DNA of 50,814 nt from Coriobacteriales bacterium. Lineage in GTDB: Bacteria; Actinomycetota; Coriobacteriia; Coriobacteriales; CADBOM01. Position numbers and translations under genes: made by a program. Under the pieces are notes generated by a model. The model was not told the origin of the DNA. It made no database searches and worked only from the letters and a program-made list of their open reading frames with translations. Every line of letters starts with the position of its first letter. Positions within the stretch are counted from its first letter, which is position 1. The stretch is from positions 1 to 50,814 of the forward strand of contig JBMNUL010000003.1 of NCBI GenBank assembly GCA_050946255.1. Reading direction: 5' to 3'. Positions 27,431 through 37,128 of the stretch are shown in pieces.

Positions 27431-28774
27431 CTAGAACTCCAGATTCTCCAGCCTGTCGAAGATCGTGTCGATCCTCGTGAGGAACTCCCTCGGGTCGAAG
27501 ATCTTGTCGAGCTGCTCATCGGTGAGGGTGCACTCCGGGTCTTCCTCCAGCAACTCGCGGAAGCTCTTCCCCTCGCGTGCCTCCTGGATGTCGCCCCAGA
27601 CCTTCATGGCGTTTCGCTGCACCACAACGTAGGCATCCTCGCGGGTGATGCCGGTCTGGCAAAGAGCGAGGAGGACCTTGGATGAGAAGATGAGGCCCCT
27701 CGTTCGCCAGAGGTTGTGCTCCATCTTCTCGGGATAGACGAACAGCCCGTCGAGAATCGGCTGCATCTTGGAGAACATGTAGTCGAGGGCGGTGAAGCTG
27801 TCGGCCAGCGCCACGCGCTCGGTTCCGGAATGGCTGATGTCCCTCTCGTACCAAAGGGCGACGTTGTCGAGGGCGACCTGAGCATTTGCCTTGACAACAC
27901 GCGAGAGCCCGCAGACCCTCTCCACCGTGATCGGGTTGCGCTTGTGGGGCATTGCCGACGAACCCTTCTGCCCCTTCTTGAATGGCTCCTCCGCCTCGAT
28001 GACGTCGGTCTGCTGAAGGAGCCTAATCTGCGTGGCAATAGACTCGAGCGTTGCCGCCACGGTTGCAAGAGACGTCATGACCTGTGCATGACGGTCGCGG
28101 GAGACGACCTGTGTGGAAAGTGGGTCGGGAGTCAGCCCGAGCTTGTCGCACACATAGCTCTCGACGAACGGGTCGATGTTGGAGTAGGAACCCACGGCCC
28201 CAGAAATCGCGCCGGTGGCAATGACCTTCCGGGCATCGAGCATGCGCTGCTCGCAGCGCTTCAGCTGCCATGCCCAGCTCCCGAACTTCATCCCGAACGT
28301 CATCGGCTCCGCATGTATGCCATGGGTGCGGCCAACGCAAAGGGTGTCTCGGTACTCGAAAGCCTTGGCCTTGCAAGTTGCCCCGAGCTTGCGGATGTCA
28401 TCGAGAATGATGTCGATTGCCTGGGTGATCTGATAGCAAAGAGCCGTGTCCCCGAGGTCTGAAGAGGTCATCCCATAGTGGACCCATCGGCTGGGCGGCT
28501 CCTGCCCCTCGGGCACGTCCTTGTCGATGTATTCGGCCATGTTGGTCAGGAATGCGATCACATCGTGGTTGGTGACCTTCTCGATCTCGTCGATGCGCTC
28601 CACGGTGAAGTCGGCATGCTCGCGAATCCAAGCGGCCTCTTCCTTCGTGATCCCGATCTTGCCGAGCTCTGCCTGAGCCTCGCAGGCCAAAAGCTCGATT
28701 TCCTTCCATACCTCGAACTTGTTCTGGAGTGAGAAGATGTGCCCCATCTCCGGACGCGTGTACCTATCTATCAA
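27431..28774 (-). CDS. purB: Adenylosuccinate lyase
   Basis: MIDRYTRPEM, HYGMTSSD, GRTHGIHAEP, GSSAMPHKRNP, ERDISHS. Confidence 0.97.
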   Translation of the reverse strand: MIDRYTRPEMGHIFSLQNKFEVWKEIELLACEAQAELGKIGITKEEAAWIREHADFTVERIDEIEKVTNHDVIAFLTNMAEYIDKDVPEGQEPPSRWVHYGMTSSDLGDTALCYQITQAIDIILDDIRKLGATCKAKAFEYRDTLCVGRTHGIHAEPMTFGMKFGSWAWQLKRCEQRMLDARKVIATGAISGAVGSYSNIDPFVESYVCDKLGLTPDPLSTQVVSRDRHAQVMTSLATVAATLESIATQIRLLQQTDVIEAEEPFKKGQKGSSAMPHKRNPITVERVCGLSRVVKANAQVALDNVALWYERDISHSGTERVALADSFTALDYMFSKMQPILDGLFVYPEKMEHNLWRTRGLIFSSKVLLALCQTGITREDAYVVVQRNAMKVWGDIQEAREGKSFRELLEEDPECTLTDEQLDKIFDPREFLTRIDTIFDRLENLEF

Positions 28775-28816
28775 TGTTGCCTCCCTGTTGCTCTGGGTTC
28801 CTCGAAAACCACGCCA

Positions 28817-29743
28817 TCAGTCGAACAGCGGCGTGCTGAAATACCTCTCGCCCGTGTCGGGCAATATCGTCACCACGGTCTTGCCGGGCCCGAGTTCGTG
28901 TGCCAGCTCGAGCGCACACACCACGTTGCTCCCACTGGATATCCCGCAGAGAAGACCCTCTTCGCGAGCCAGCCTCCTCGACATCTCGATGGCCTGCTCG
29001 TCGGAGACCTTCACTATCCTATCGTAGATGCTGCGGTCCAAGATCTTGGGGATGATGCCATCGCCGATTCCCATCTGCATATGGGTGCCGACCTTTCCTC
29101 CGGAGAGGATCGCGGCGTTCTCGGGCTCGGCAACCCAAATCTTTATGTCTGGGTTTGCCTGCTTGAACACCTTCCCGCAACCGGTCAGGGTTCCGCCGGT
29201 TCCAACTCCGCTGCAGAACCCGTCTATTGGGCCATCCATCTGTTTCAGGATTTCAGCAGCAGTTCCATCCACCTGCGCAGAAACGTTGTCGGGATTTTCG
29301 AACTGCTGGGGAATGAACACGCGGGGGTCGTTGGCTGCCATCTGGCTGGCTATAGAGATGCACTTCGAGATGCACTCCCCGATGTTCCCGGCATCGTGAA
29401 CGAGCACCAGCTCGGAACCGTAGATCGAGACTATCTTGCGACGTTCCTCGCTGACGGAATCGGGCATGATTATCCTCGACTTGAGCCCCATAGCTGCGCA
29501 CACCAGCGCGAGGCCGATGCCCTGGTTTCCGCTGGTGGGCTCCACGATGATCGAGTTCTCGTCGATATCTCCCCTTGCCATGGCCTGCTTGATCATGTTG
29601 TAGGCAGTGCGGGTCTTTATCGACCCACCGACGTTCACGGCCTCGAACTTGACCACCACTCTGGCATCTCCGGGCCTCACGACCCTGTTGAGCTTTATCA
29701 GCGGCGTGGAGCCAATGGCTTCCATCACGTTATCGCAGATCAA
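28817..29743 (-). CDS. cysK: PLP-dependent cysteine synthase family protein
   Basis: IGSTPLIKL, GGSIKTR (PLP Lys), EPTSGNQGIG, QQFENPDN, GVGTGGT, QMGIG, GISSG, PDTGERYFST. Confidence 0.85.
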   Translation of the reverse strand: MICDNVMEAIGSTPLIKLNRVVRPGDARVVVKFEAVNVGGSIKTRTAYNMIKQAMARGDIDENSIIVEPTSGNQGIGLALVCAAMGLKSRIIMPDSVSEERRKIVSIYGSELVLVHDAGNIGECISKCISIASQMAANDPRVFIPQQFENPDNVSAQVDGTAAEILKQMDGPIDGFCSGVGTGGTLTGCGKVFKQANPDIKIWVAEPENAAILSGGKVGTHMQMGIGDGIIPKILDRSIYDRIVKVSDEQAIEMSRRLAREEGLLCGISSGSNVVCALELAHELGPGKTVVTILPDTGERYFSTPLFD

Positions 29744-29830
29744 TCCACAACCCCCATCTGAAACTATCTTTCGATGTACATTGTGACATTTTCTTCAGCT
29801 GAACCACGACGATTAGGGGAAACGGGCAAG

Positions 29831-30835
29831 CTATTCTCCTGTCGCCCATTTCCCAGTGCACACTCCGAGAATCCACATTTCGAGGCTCAGCTTCGGATCT
29901 GCCCCCCTCTTGATCTCCATCTCGCATTGAGCCGCGCGGTCGAGAGCCTCTTCGAGCTCATCTTGCTTGAACCTCGCAGCATACCTGTAGTGGTTTCTGT
30001 ACATGAAGCTAGACCCCCCGAGGACCTCTTCCAGAGGTGCCCTCACGGGACGCGAGTCCATCGCCTTCGTGACTATGAGCTCCCTTATCCTCTTCTCGCA
30101 CATCGTCAGAAGCCCGAGCTCAGCCTGATCGCCCATTATCTCGAGCAGCTTCATGCACTTGCCGGCATCTCGCTCCCCCAGTGCCGCAGTGAGGTCCCAG
30201 GGTTTTGGCGAGCTGATTCGCGTGACCATGGACTCTACGTCTTCGAGCGTGATGGTGTCTCGTCCTTGCGCTGCCAGGTAATCGCAAAGTTTCTTGACCT
30301 CGCTGTTGAGGGCAACGGTGGAGTTTCCCACCATATCTACCATTGCATCCACTGCGTCTGGCTCGATCTCGGCGTTGGCAGACTTGACGAGCCTTCGCAC
30401 GAAGTCTGCTATATCCGACCGGCGCTTCTTGAGGTCGCAGGAGATGTAGGCCTTTGGATAGAGCTTGTGCACCTTCTTGTAGAGCTTCGTGTTCTTTGCG
30501 AGGCTGTTGCCGGTCATCACTAGAACCGTGGAGTCGGTAGGAGCATCGAGGTAATCGCATATTGAATCGAGGAGGTCTTTCTTGGCATGCCCTATGTTGT
30601 CGACGACGACAAGCCTCATATCGGAGAGGAACGGCACGGTGTTGCACGCTGCCACAACCTCGCCGGGAGGATCTACTTCCTGAGCATCGAAATTGGTCTG
30701 GTTCAGGGCGAGGTCGCCCTTCTCGGCGACGCGCTCCTGCATCCTCTTGAGCAGGGCCTTTCGCTTGAGGCTGTCTTCACCTATGAACAGATATACCGGC
30801 AGAAGGGCTTTGGACTTTGCCAACTGCATCTCCAT
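29831..30835 (-). CDS. holA: DNA polymerase III delta subunit
   Basis: PVYLFIGED, CNTVPFLSDMRLVVV, LNSEVKKL, EIKRG. Conserved comEA-comEC-holA order. Confidence 0.9.
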   Translation of the reverse strand: MEMQLAKSKALLPVYLFIGEDSLKRKALLKRMQERVAEKGDLALNQTNFDAQEVDPPGEVVAACNTVPFLSDMRLVVVDNIGHAKKDLLDSICDYLDAPTDSTVLVMTGNSLAKNTKLYKKVHKLYPKAYISCDLKKRRSDIADFVRRLVKSANAEIEPDAVDAMVDMVGNSTVALNSEVKKLCDYLAAQGRDTITLEDVESMVTRISSPKPWDLTAALGERDAGKCMKLLEIMGDQAELGLLTMCEKRIRELIVTKAMDSRPVRAPLEEVLGGSSFMYRNHYRYAARFKQDELEEALDRAAQCEMEIKRGADPKLSLEMWILGVCTGKWATGE

Positions 30836-30859
30836 CGATTTATTGCTTGGTCTCAGAAA

Positions 30860-33325
30860 TCAAATGTTAGCACACGTGACAATCGCCGAACCCCCATCAA
30901 GAGTCAATGTGATATCACCGTCGAGGTCCGTGCGGTACACCTCCGCCCCTCCTCTCTCGAGAACATCTAAAGTGTTTTCATCTGGGTGCCCATACCTGTT
31001 GTTCTCCCCGACGCTGATCAAGGCGATCTTTGGCCTCAACTCTTCCATCAGCTCATCGTTGACAGACTCGGCACTACCATGGTGCCCGACCTTTATCGCA
31101 TCGACCTCCCCCACCAAGCCGTCGTCGATCATCTGCTGCAAGGGCTCGCTCTCCGCGTCTCCTGTTAGAAGCATCTCGAACTCGGAATCACCATCCAAAT
31201 CCGAGTCGTACACCAGGAGAAGCACCAGCGAGTCCTCGTTCTCCGACTCCTCAATCGTCCCTTCTGGCCACACCACGTCCAAGCTCACATGCTCCGAGAG
31301 CCTTATCTTGTCTCCAGCCGACACCTCAACGATTCCCTCATCCCCAGAGAGGTCCCGTGCCTCCTCGAGCACCTCCTCTGCAGATTCGTCCTTTTCACCA
31401 AACGCGACCGACCCCCGGGTGAACACGACGCGGTCGACGAGGACCATGGAGTCCATCGCGTCCAATGCACCGCAGTGGTCTGCGTCGAAATGAGTTATCG
31501 CCACCGCATCTAAGTGGTATACCTGGTTCCTCCCGAGAGCTGACCGGAGAACGGTATCGTATTTCCCGGTATCGACCATGACCTGCCTGAACCCATCTCT
31601 CACGAGTATCGAATCTCCCTGGCCTACGTCCATTGCCACCACCTGCACTGGCTTGTATGCGAGCACGACCATGGCCAGGGCGAACACGGCCACAGGAAAC
31701 GCTGCCTTGGACGCCTGCCTCCAAGGGTGCTCACCTGGCAATGGCCAAAATATCCAGAGAAGGGTGATCGAGACCAGGAAGATCGTCCAGGCCACAGCGG
31801 GAGTGGCATATGCCGGTACCGCCATGAACGCCAGAGACGCCATGGCCACCACAAGCCGCGACATCGCCTCGGCAATATGGCACAGCAACCAGAGAATCGC
31901 CATCCCAAGAGGAGGAAACACCGCGCATGCGACCATCGCGATGATTCCTCCCATCAGAAGAACCGTGATAATCGGAGCCACGACCAGATTCGAGAGCGGT
32001 CCTCCTATCGAAAGCATCGAGAACATGGGTACCGAAACCGGGAGCGTCGCAAGTTGAGCCACGATCGTCATCGCCATTGGCTGCGATATCGCCTCCAGCC
32101 GCTTGGGCAACAAGCTAGAAATCCACCTGGATGCGAGCGGGAGGAAAAGACATATTCCGGCCACGCCGAGCACAGATAGCGAAAACCCCACCGAGAACGC
32201 ATCGGATGGGTCGACCGCGAGCATCACCAGCACTGCCAGCGCAAGAGCCGATGGGGAATGGGCCCTCCTTCCGGCAACGTAGGAAATGCTTCCCACCGAA
32301 GCCATCACGCAAGATCTGAACGCAGATGCCTGAGTCCCGGTGAGCACGAGGTAGGAAACCATCACCGCACAGAGAACGGCGATGCTCCATTTCTTGGGAA
32401 GCCCGGCCCTGAGCAAAGCCCAGGAAACCAGCATTGCCACCACTGTGAGATGCGACCCCGATACCGCCAATAGATGCGTGAGACCGGTCACCTTGAACGA
32501 GTTGTCCAGGTCTGTTCCGGAAATCTGGGACCTGTCCCCGAGGACTATTCCCTTCATCAAGGCAGCCCCAGTTCCAGGGTTTGAGTCGATGTAGACCGAA
32601 TACCTGTGCCTGATGCTCCCAAACAACCCGCCCAAGGATTCTGCCCATCTTGCATCTTCGATTGAATATGGTTTGTAACTCCCGGCCACAAGAGACTGAT
32701 GAAGGCTCCTCGACCAGTCGTCATCCTCAATTCTGGAGAACCTTCCGCTTGCCACGAACGACATCCCCAGCGGGAGAATCTCTTCTTCGGAGCTCCAAGT
32801 CACCCGGACCTTCACCCAGTTCCCTCCGCCAAGACATGCTCGGCAGGTCGAGTACCAGCCTCTGGAACCCTGGGAGCCGTCGGAAACCACCTCCATTCTC
32901 AATCCGTCATCAGATGCCTCAAGGGCATCTACCTGAGCAGAAAATCCCTGCCAGCAAAGAAAGCCGACGACAAGTCCTGCGAACGCAGATGCAAACACCA
33001 TGCCGACGCGCATCGGTTGGAGAACACGCTGTGGTCCTCGCTCCGCCTCCCTGCGTCTTGCCCACCGCGCGATCACATAATCCAGGGCAAGCAGAAAAAC
33101 CAGAGAGATCAGCCCGAACATCCCCGCGATTGCAATCATGAGGAGCAGGGAGTTCGCCCAAATGGGAAAGGGAAGGAAGTCGACGGCCTGCCAGAGCAAG
33201 CCATTCCCAATATCGATTTCCCATGAGAGCTCTTCTGCAACCCGAATCGAAATCCAGAAGCAAAGAGCTGGCACCAGCAAGAACGGAAGCGAAGGCCTTG
33301 GAACATCCCTCTCGTCTACACGCAT
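30860..33325 (-). CDS. comEC: DNA internalization competence protein ComEC/Rec2
   Basis: GLTHLLAVSGSH, SAFRS, DVGQGDS, THFDADH, LLTGDAE, KVGHHGS, ISVGENNRYGHP, RTDLDG. Confidence 0.95.
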   Translation of the reverse strand: MRVDERDVPRPSLPFLLVPALCFWISIRVAEELSWEIDIGNGLLWQAVDFLPFPIWANSLLLMIAIAGMFGLISLVFLLALDYVIARWARRREAERGPQRVLQPMRVGMVFASAFAGLVVGFLCWQGFSAQVDALEASDDGLRMEVVSDGSQGSRGWYSTCRACLGGGNWVKVRVTWSSEEEILPLGMSFVASGRFSRIEDDDWSRSLHQSLVAGSYKPYSIEDARWAESLGGLFGSIRHRYSVYIDSNPGTGAALMKGIVLGDRSQISGTDLDNSFKVTGLTHLLAVSGSHLTVVAMLVSWALLRAGLPKKWSIAVLCAVMVSYLVLTGTQASAFRSCVMASVGSISYVAGRRAHSPSALALAVLVMLAVDPSDAFSVGFSLSVLGVAGICLFLPLASRWISSLLPKRLEAISQPMAMTIVAQLATLPVSVPMFSMLSIGGPLSNLVVAPIITVLLMGGIIAMVACAVFPPLGMAILWLLCHIAEAMSRLVVAMASLAFMAVPAYATPAVAWTIFLVSITLLWIFWPLPGEHPWRQASKAAFPVAVFALAMVVLAYKPVQVVAMDVGQGDSILVRDGFRQVMVDTGKYDTVLRSALGRNQVYHLDAVAITHFDADHCGALDAMDSMVLVDRVVFTRGSVAFGEKDESAEEVLEEARDLSGDEGIVEVSAGDKIRLSEHVSLDVVWPEGTIEESENEDSLVLLLVYDSDLDGDSEFEMLLTGDAESEPLQQMIDDGLVGEVDAIKVGHHGSAESVNDELMEELRPKIALISVGENNRYGHPDENTLDVLERGGAEVYRTDLDGDITLTLDGGSAIVTCANI

Positions 33326-34026
33326 ATGAGCTCGCAGATCTTTGAGTACTTGCCTTCTCCGATGCCAGACACCTCCTGTATCTCCTCTATGCTCGTAAAT
33401 CCGCCAGATTGTTCCCTGTACTCGATTATTGCCTGAGCTGTGGCGGGACCGATTCCAGGAAGCTCCTCTAGCTGTTCGGCTGTGGCCGTGTTGATGTTCA
33501 CGAGAGATTGTGCTTGAGATGACGACCCCTGAGCTGCGTCCCCCGTGCTTCCGGAAGCCGTTGCTCCTGCAACAGATCCAGACTCGACCTCTTCTTTCGT
33601 GGGAACATATATCTGCTCTCCGTCTACCAGGACCCTAGCCAAGTTGATGGACGACGAGCTGGCATCGTCCGATAGACCCCCGGCAAGCTCTACCGCATCG
33701 TTGACCCTGCTCCCCTCTTCGAGCTCATAGACCCCGGGCTTGCCAACTGCCCCGGCCACATGCACCATGACCGTGGTTTGCTCGCTCGCGACGGCGTCAG
33801 TTGCGCTTTCACCAGCATTGTCTTCTGCATCTGAAGTTGAGACTGCATCAGATTGAGCTTGTTCGATTTGAAACTCCTGGCCCGAAGCTATCGGAACCCA
33901 CCTGAACAGGGCAACGGTGATGACAACTAGCGCGACCACAGCGATTGCCTTCAAGACATTTGGGGGAATTTTCCCAAGCTGAGCCTTCTGCAGAAGCTCA
34001 TCTATATTTCTGCCAGTCCCGCTCAT
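33316..34026 (-). CDS. comEA: ComEA family DNA-binding protein (TM, SLBB, HhH)
   Basis: VHVAGAVGKPGVY, INLARVLVDGEQIYVP, VNINTATAEQLEELPGIGPATAQAII. Confidence 0.95.
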   Translation of the reverse strand: MSGTGRNIDELLQKAQLGKIPPNVLKAIAVVALVVITVALFRWVPIASGQEFQIEQAQSDAVSTSDAEDNAGESATDAVASEQTTVMVHVAGAVGKPGVYELEEGSRVNDAVELAGGLSDDASSSSINLARVLVDGEQIYVPTKEEVESGSVAGATASGSTGDAAQGSSSQAQSLVNINTATAEQLEELPGIGPATAQAIIEYREQSGGFTSIEEIQEVSGIGEGKYSKICELICV

Positions 34027-34141
34027 CTGTCCTCGCCTCCAAGTTCATCTCTACAGAGAAGATGCTAGGGCACGGGCATTAACAGACAACTTGGGATTTC
34101 CAAACCACAGCGGAAGCAAAGCATAACCAGAGCTGCACGAA

Positions 34142-34460
34142 ATCGGAATGGAATCCAACTGGAAAGAGGGAAAGACCGTAAAGGGGTCCAACTGGGATGA
34201 AAGAAAAATCGGAAAGGAATCTAACCGTCAAAGAAACCAAATCAGAACAGGACCCAGCTGGGAACGAACCGAATTCAGGACAAAATCCACCTGGGAACCA
34301 ACCGAAATCAGAATAGGGCCCGACCGGGGACGAACCGAAACCATAACAGAATCAGGACAAGCCCTACCGGGGGCGCAAACCCTGCTGGGGGTGGGACGAA
34401 CCGAGAACCAACTGAAACCAGAATAGAATCCAACCGGGAACCAACCAAAATCAAAACAAC
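34142..34460 (+). repeat. Degenerate 33-bp tandem array between thiI and comEA
   Basis: Units start at 34142, 34175, 34208, 34241, 34274 and 34307 (exact 33-bp spacing), with partial or displaced copies at 34340, 34350 and 34417. Approximate consensus ATCAGAAYAGRATCCAACYGGGAACVAACCGAA. Confidence 0.85.
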
Positions 34461-34514
34461 CGCCAAAGAAAAGGTAAGCATGGACCCCCAGGACCATGCA
34501 GGCAGTCTCGGCAA

Positions 34515-35747
34515 CTACTTCCAGTTGCAGTGACCTTCCTCAACCTGCATGTTGTCGCAGATCTCGACTGCCCACGACGAGAAGTCCATCTGACCAGCAA
34601 GCTCCTCGACCTCGCTGAGGTTGGCATGGGTCTCGGGGTTTCTCGGCAGGAAAAGCGTGCAGCAATCGGAGCAGGCCTGCGTGGACAGGTCGAAAGTCCC
34701 AAGCTTCTTGGCCATCGCGATTATCTCCTGCTTGTCGGTTCCGATGAGCGGCCTGAAAACGGGAAACTCGGACACCACATCCACGGCGCGGATGTTGTCC
34801 ATCGTCTGCGATGCAACCTGGCCGAGCGACTCCCCGGTTACGATCGCCTTTGCATGTTCGCGCTTAGCCAGCTCGTTCGCAACCGTGAACATCAGCCTGC
34901 GGAAGAAGACCACCCTGAGCCTTGGGGGAACAATGTCGGCTATCCTCTTCTGGTAGTCTCCGATTCTGGCGATGTAAAGCCTCAGCACCCCACCGCAATT
35001 TGAAAGGGCGTCGCAGATGTCCCTCACGAGGTACTCTGATGAATCGTCGGTCTGGGGAGCTGCCGAGAAATGAAGCGCTATCGCCACTCCGCCACGATTG
35101 ACGATCCTCCACATGGCCACGGGCGAATCGATTCCCGTGGAGAGCAGGGATATGAATTTGCCGGCGCTTCCCACCGGCAACCCCCCGCAACCAGGCTCTG
35201 TTCGGGCGTAGATGTAGGTGCTCCCCTGGATCACCTCGACGTGAACGGTCGCGTCTGGCTCCTCCATCTTGACCTTCGCATCCGGGAACTTCTCACAGAG
35301 ATAGGAGCCAATGCGCTTGTTCATCTCGATGGAATGGATTTGGAAATCCGTGTTGGAACGGCGGGACTCCACCTTGAAGGTCCGAAACGGCGCAACGTCG
35401 CCCAGAACCTCACCAGAGAGCCTCAACATATCGTCGAAATCCCTCGTGGTGCGCCATCCGAGAGAAACCCTCGCCACACCCGGCACACCGCGCAGAATTT
35501 GGAACATCTTCTTTATCTTGGGGTTGTCGAGCCCATCTTCGATGAATCCGTCTTCGTCCTCCGTCCCGGATAACGCAGATTTGTCGACAGATACAAGAAT
35601 CCTCCCCGAAATCTTGGAGACTTTCTCCACGGGGAGGCCCTTGCACAAGAACTCTATGTTCTTCATGAGCTGGTGCTCGAAAGTAGAGCGATTGTGGCCC
35701 TTGAGGCCTATTTCATGATAGTGGATGAGAAAAACCGGGCTTGCCAC
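34515..35747 (-). CDS. thiI: tRNA 4-thiouridine synthase ThiI (short form, no rhodanese domain)
   Basis: HYHEIGLKGHNR, THUMP domain, GGLPVGS, PP-loop LLSTGIDSPVA, TGESLGQVASQT, RPLIGTDKQEI, DCC. Confidence 0.95.
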   Translation of the reverse strand: MASPVFLIHYHEIGLKGHNRSTFEHQLMKNIEFLCKGLPVEKVSKISGRILVSVDKSALSGTEDEDGFIEDGLDNPKIKKMFQILRGVPGVARVSLGWRTTRDFDDMLRLSGEVLGDVAPFRTFKVESRRSNTDFQIHSIEMNKRIGSYLCEKFPDAKVKMEEPDATVHVEVIQGSTYIYARTEPGCGGLPVGSAGKFISLLSTGIDSPVAMWRIVNRGGVAIALHFSAAPQTDDSSEYLVRDICDALSNCGGVLRLYIARIGDYQKRIADIVPPRLRVVFFRRLMFTVANELAKREHAKAIVTGESLGQVASQTMDNIRAVDVVSEFPVFRPLIGTDKQEIIAMAKKLGTFDLSTQACSDCCTLFLPRNPETHANLSEVEELAGQMDFSSWAVEICDNMQVEEGHCNWK

Positions 35748-35763
35748 TGCGAAATGCCTGGTC

Positions 35764-36027
35764 TTACTTGATCTTGTCGTTGGACAGGCTCTCTGGTACG
35801 TAGCTGAGGTCGCCGTTCTCGATCTCGGCCATGGCGAGCGAAAGCGGCTTTTCCTGAGAATACTGGGACAGCTCCTCCACAGACTGCAGCTTCATCGCAC
35901 GCTCTTTCTGGCCGCGCATCATATCGTTGATGTCCTTGGCTCTCTTGGCTGCAATCGTGCAGAGCAGGAACTTATCGTTGTCCGTGCGCTCAAGAAGATT
36001 GTCAATATGCTGATCGATGATAGACAT
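35764..36027 (-). CDS. rpoZ: RNA polymerase omega subunit
   Basis: IDNLLE...KFLLCTIAAKRAKDI...KPLSLAMAEI; downstream of gmk. Confidence 0.9.
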   Translation of the reverse strand: MSIIDQHIDNLLERTDNDKFLLCTIAAKRAKDINDMMRGQKERAMKLQSVEELSQYSQEKPLSLAMAEIENGDLSYVPESLSNDKIK

Positions 36028-36062
36028 GATTACCTTGCTTTCGTGAAACCCGGTACCTGGCT

Positions 36063-36620
36063 TTAACTCGAATGAGAATCGATTATCTCGAGGAGCTCTT
36101 GCGTTGCCCTCTCGAGGTCATCGTTAACGAGCGATACATTGTAACACTTTTCCTTCTGCATCTCCACTTTTGCGGTCTGCAGTCGGCGCTCTATCTGCTC
36201 CTCTGTCTCCGTGCCCCTGGCCTCGAGCCTCTTTCGAAGGTCTTCGAACTTCGGGGGCTTAACGAAGATGAGGAAAGCGCTGGGATAGTTCTCCTTGACC
36301 TTGAAGGCTCCCTGTGGGTCAATCTCGAGGATGACGTTTCTCCCCTCGGCGATCTTCTGCTCCACTACCGACCTCAATGTGCCGTAGCGCTTCCCATGGA
36401 CCTCTGCCCACTCCAGAAAATCGTTCTGGGCTATCTTCTCGTCGAACTCCTCATCGGTGAGGAAGAAATAGGATTTGCCCTCCACCTCGCCTTTTCTGGG
36501 AGCACGAGTAGTCGCCGAGACGGAAAGCCATAATCCATCCCGGCGACTCATGATATTTCCCACGAGGGTTCCTTTGCCGGCTCCGGATGGACCGGAAATG
36601 ACAAAGAGTTGCCCGCTCAT
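36063..36620 (-). CDS. gmk: Guanylate kinase
   Basis: ISGPSGAGKGT, SATTRAPRKGE, FLEWAEVHG..YGT, LEIDPQGA. Confidence 0.97.
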   Translation of the reverse strand: MSGQLFVISGPSGAGKGTLVGNIMSRRDGLWLSVSATTRAPRKGEVEGKSYFFLTDEEFDEKIAQNDFLEWAEVHGKRYGTLRSVVEQKIAEGRNVILEIDPQGAFKVKENYPSAFLIFVKPPKFEDLRKRLEARGTETEEQIERRLQTAKVEMQKEKCYNVSLVNDDLERATQELLEIIDSHSS

Positions 36621-36934
36621 TATTTGGACGAGAGCCTCTCGATGAGCTCTGCGCGCTGACGGGAGCCAAGCCCCTTGATTCTGCGGGTCTCGGAGATGTT
36701 GAGCTCCTCCATGACCTTTGCGACCTTAGCCTTGCCATAGCCAGGCAAGGAGGAGATCATGTCCTTGACCTTGAGCTTATCGATGACAGGATTGCCTTCG
36801 GTGGTAAGGACCTCCTTCACAGAGATCTTGCCCTCCTTAATCTGGGACCTCAGCTCAGCACGGGCATGACGTGCCTCAGCGGCCTTCTCTAGTGCTGCGC
36901 GCCTCTCTTCATCGGTCTGATTTGGCAGTGCCAT
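36620..36934 (-). CDS. mihF: Actinobacterial integration host factor (mIHF)
   Basis: MALP..T.EERRAALEKAAEARHARAELR, LPGYGKAK, ISETRRIKGLGSRQR. Confidence 0.93.
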   Translation of the reverse strand: MALPNQTDEERRAALEKAAEARHARAELRSQIKEGKISVKEVLTTEGNPVIDKLKVKDMISSLPGYGKAKVAKVMEELNISETRRIKGLGSRQRAELIERLSSK

Positions 36935-37128
36935 TTTCTACCTTACCTCTCTTGGTTAACTTACTATCGTTTTCCTACAGATATCACTCCCACGGGATTT
37001 CACCCCGAGGATCAGCTAAGCAGAACAACGCTTACTATAATCTTTGGCAACGCTTTTTCCGCGTTTATTCGGCAGGTTACACAATTGCGAGCTCAAAAGA
37101 AACAACATTCATTGTTTACTCGCGTCAA

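Noticed and set aside
34142-34460. Possible CRISPR array
   Set aside because: Units are contiguous and degenerate, with no constant repeat/unique spacer alternation and no cas genes.
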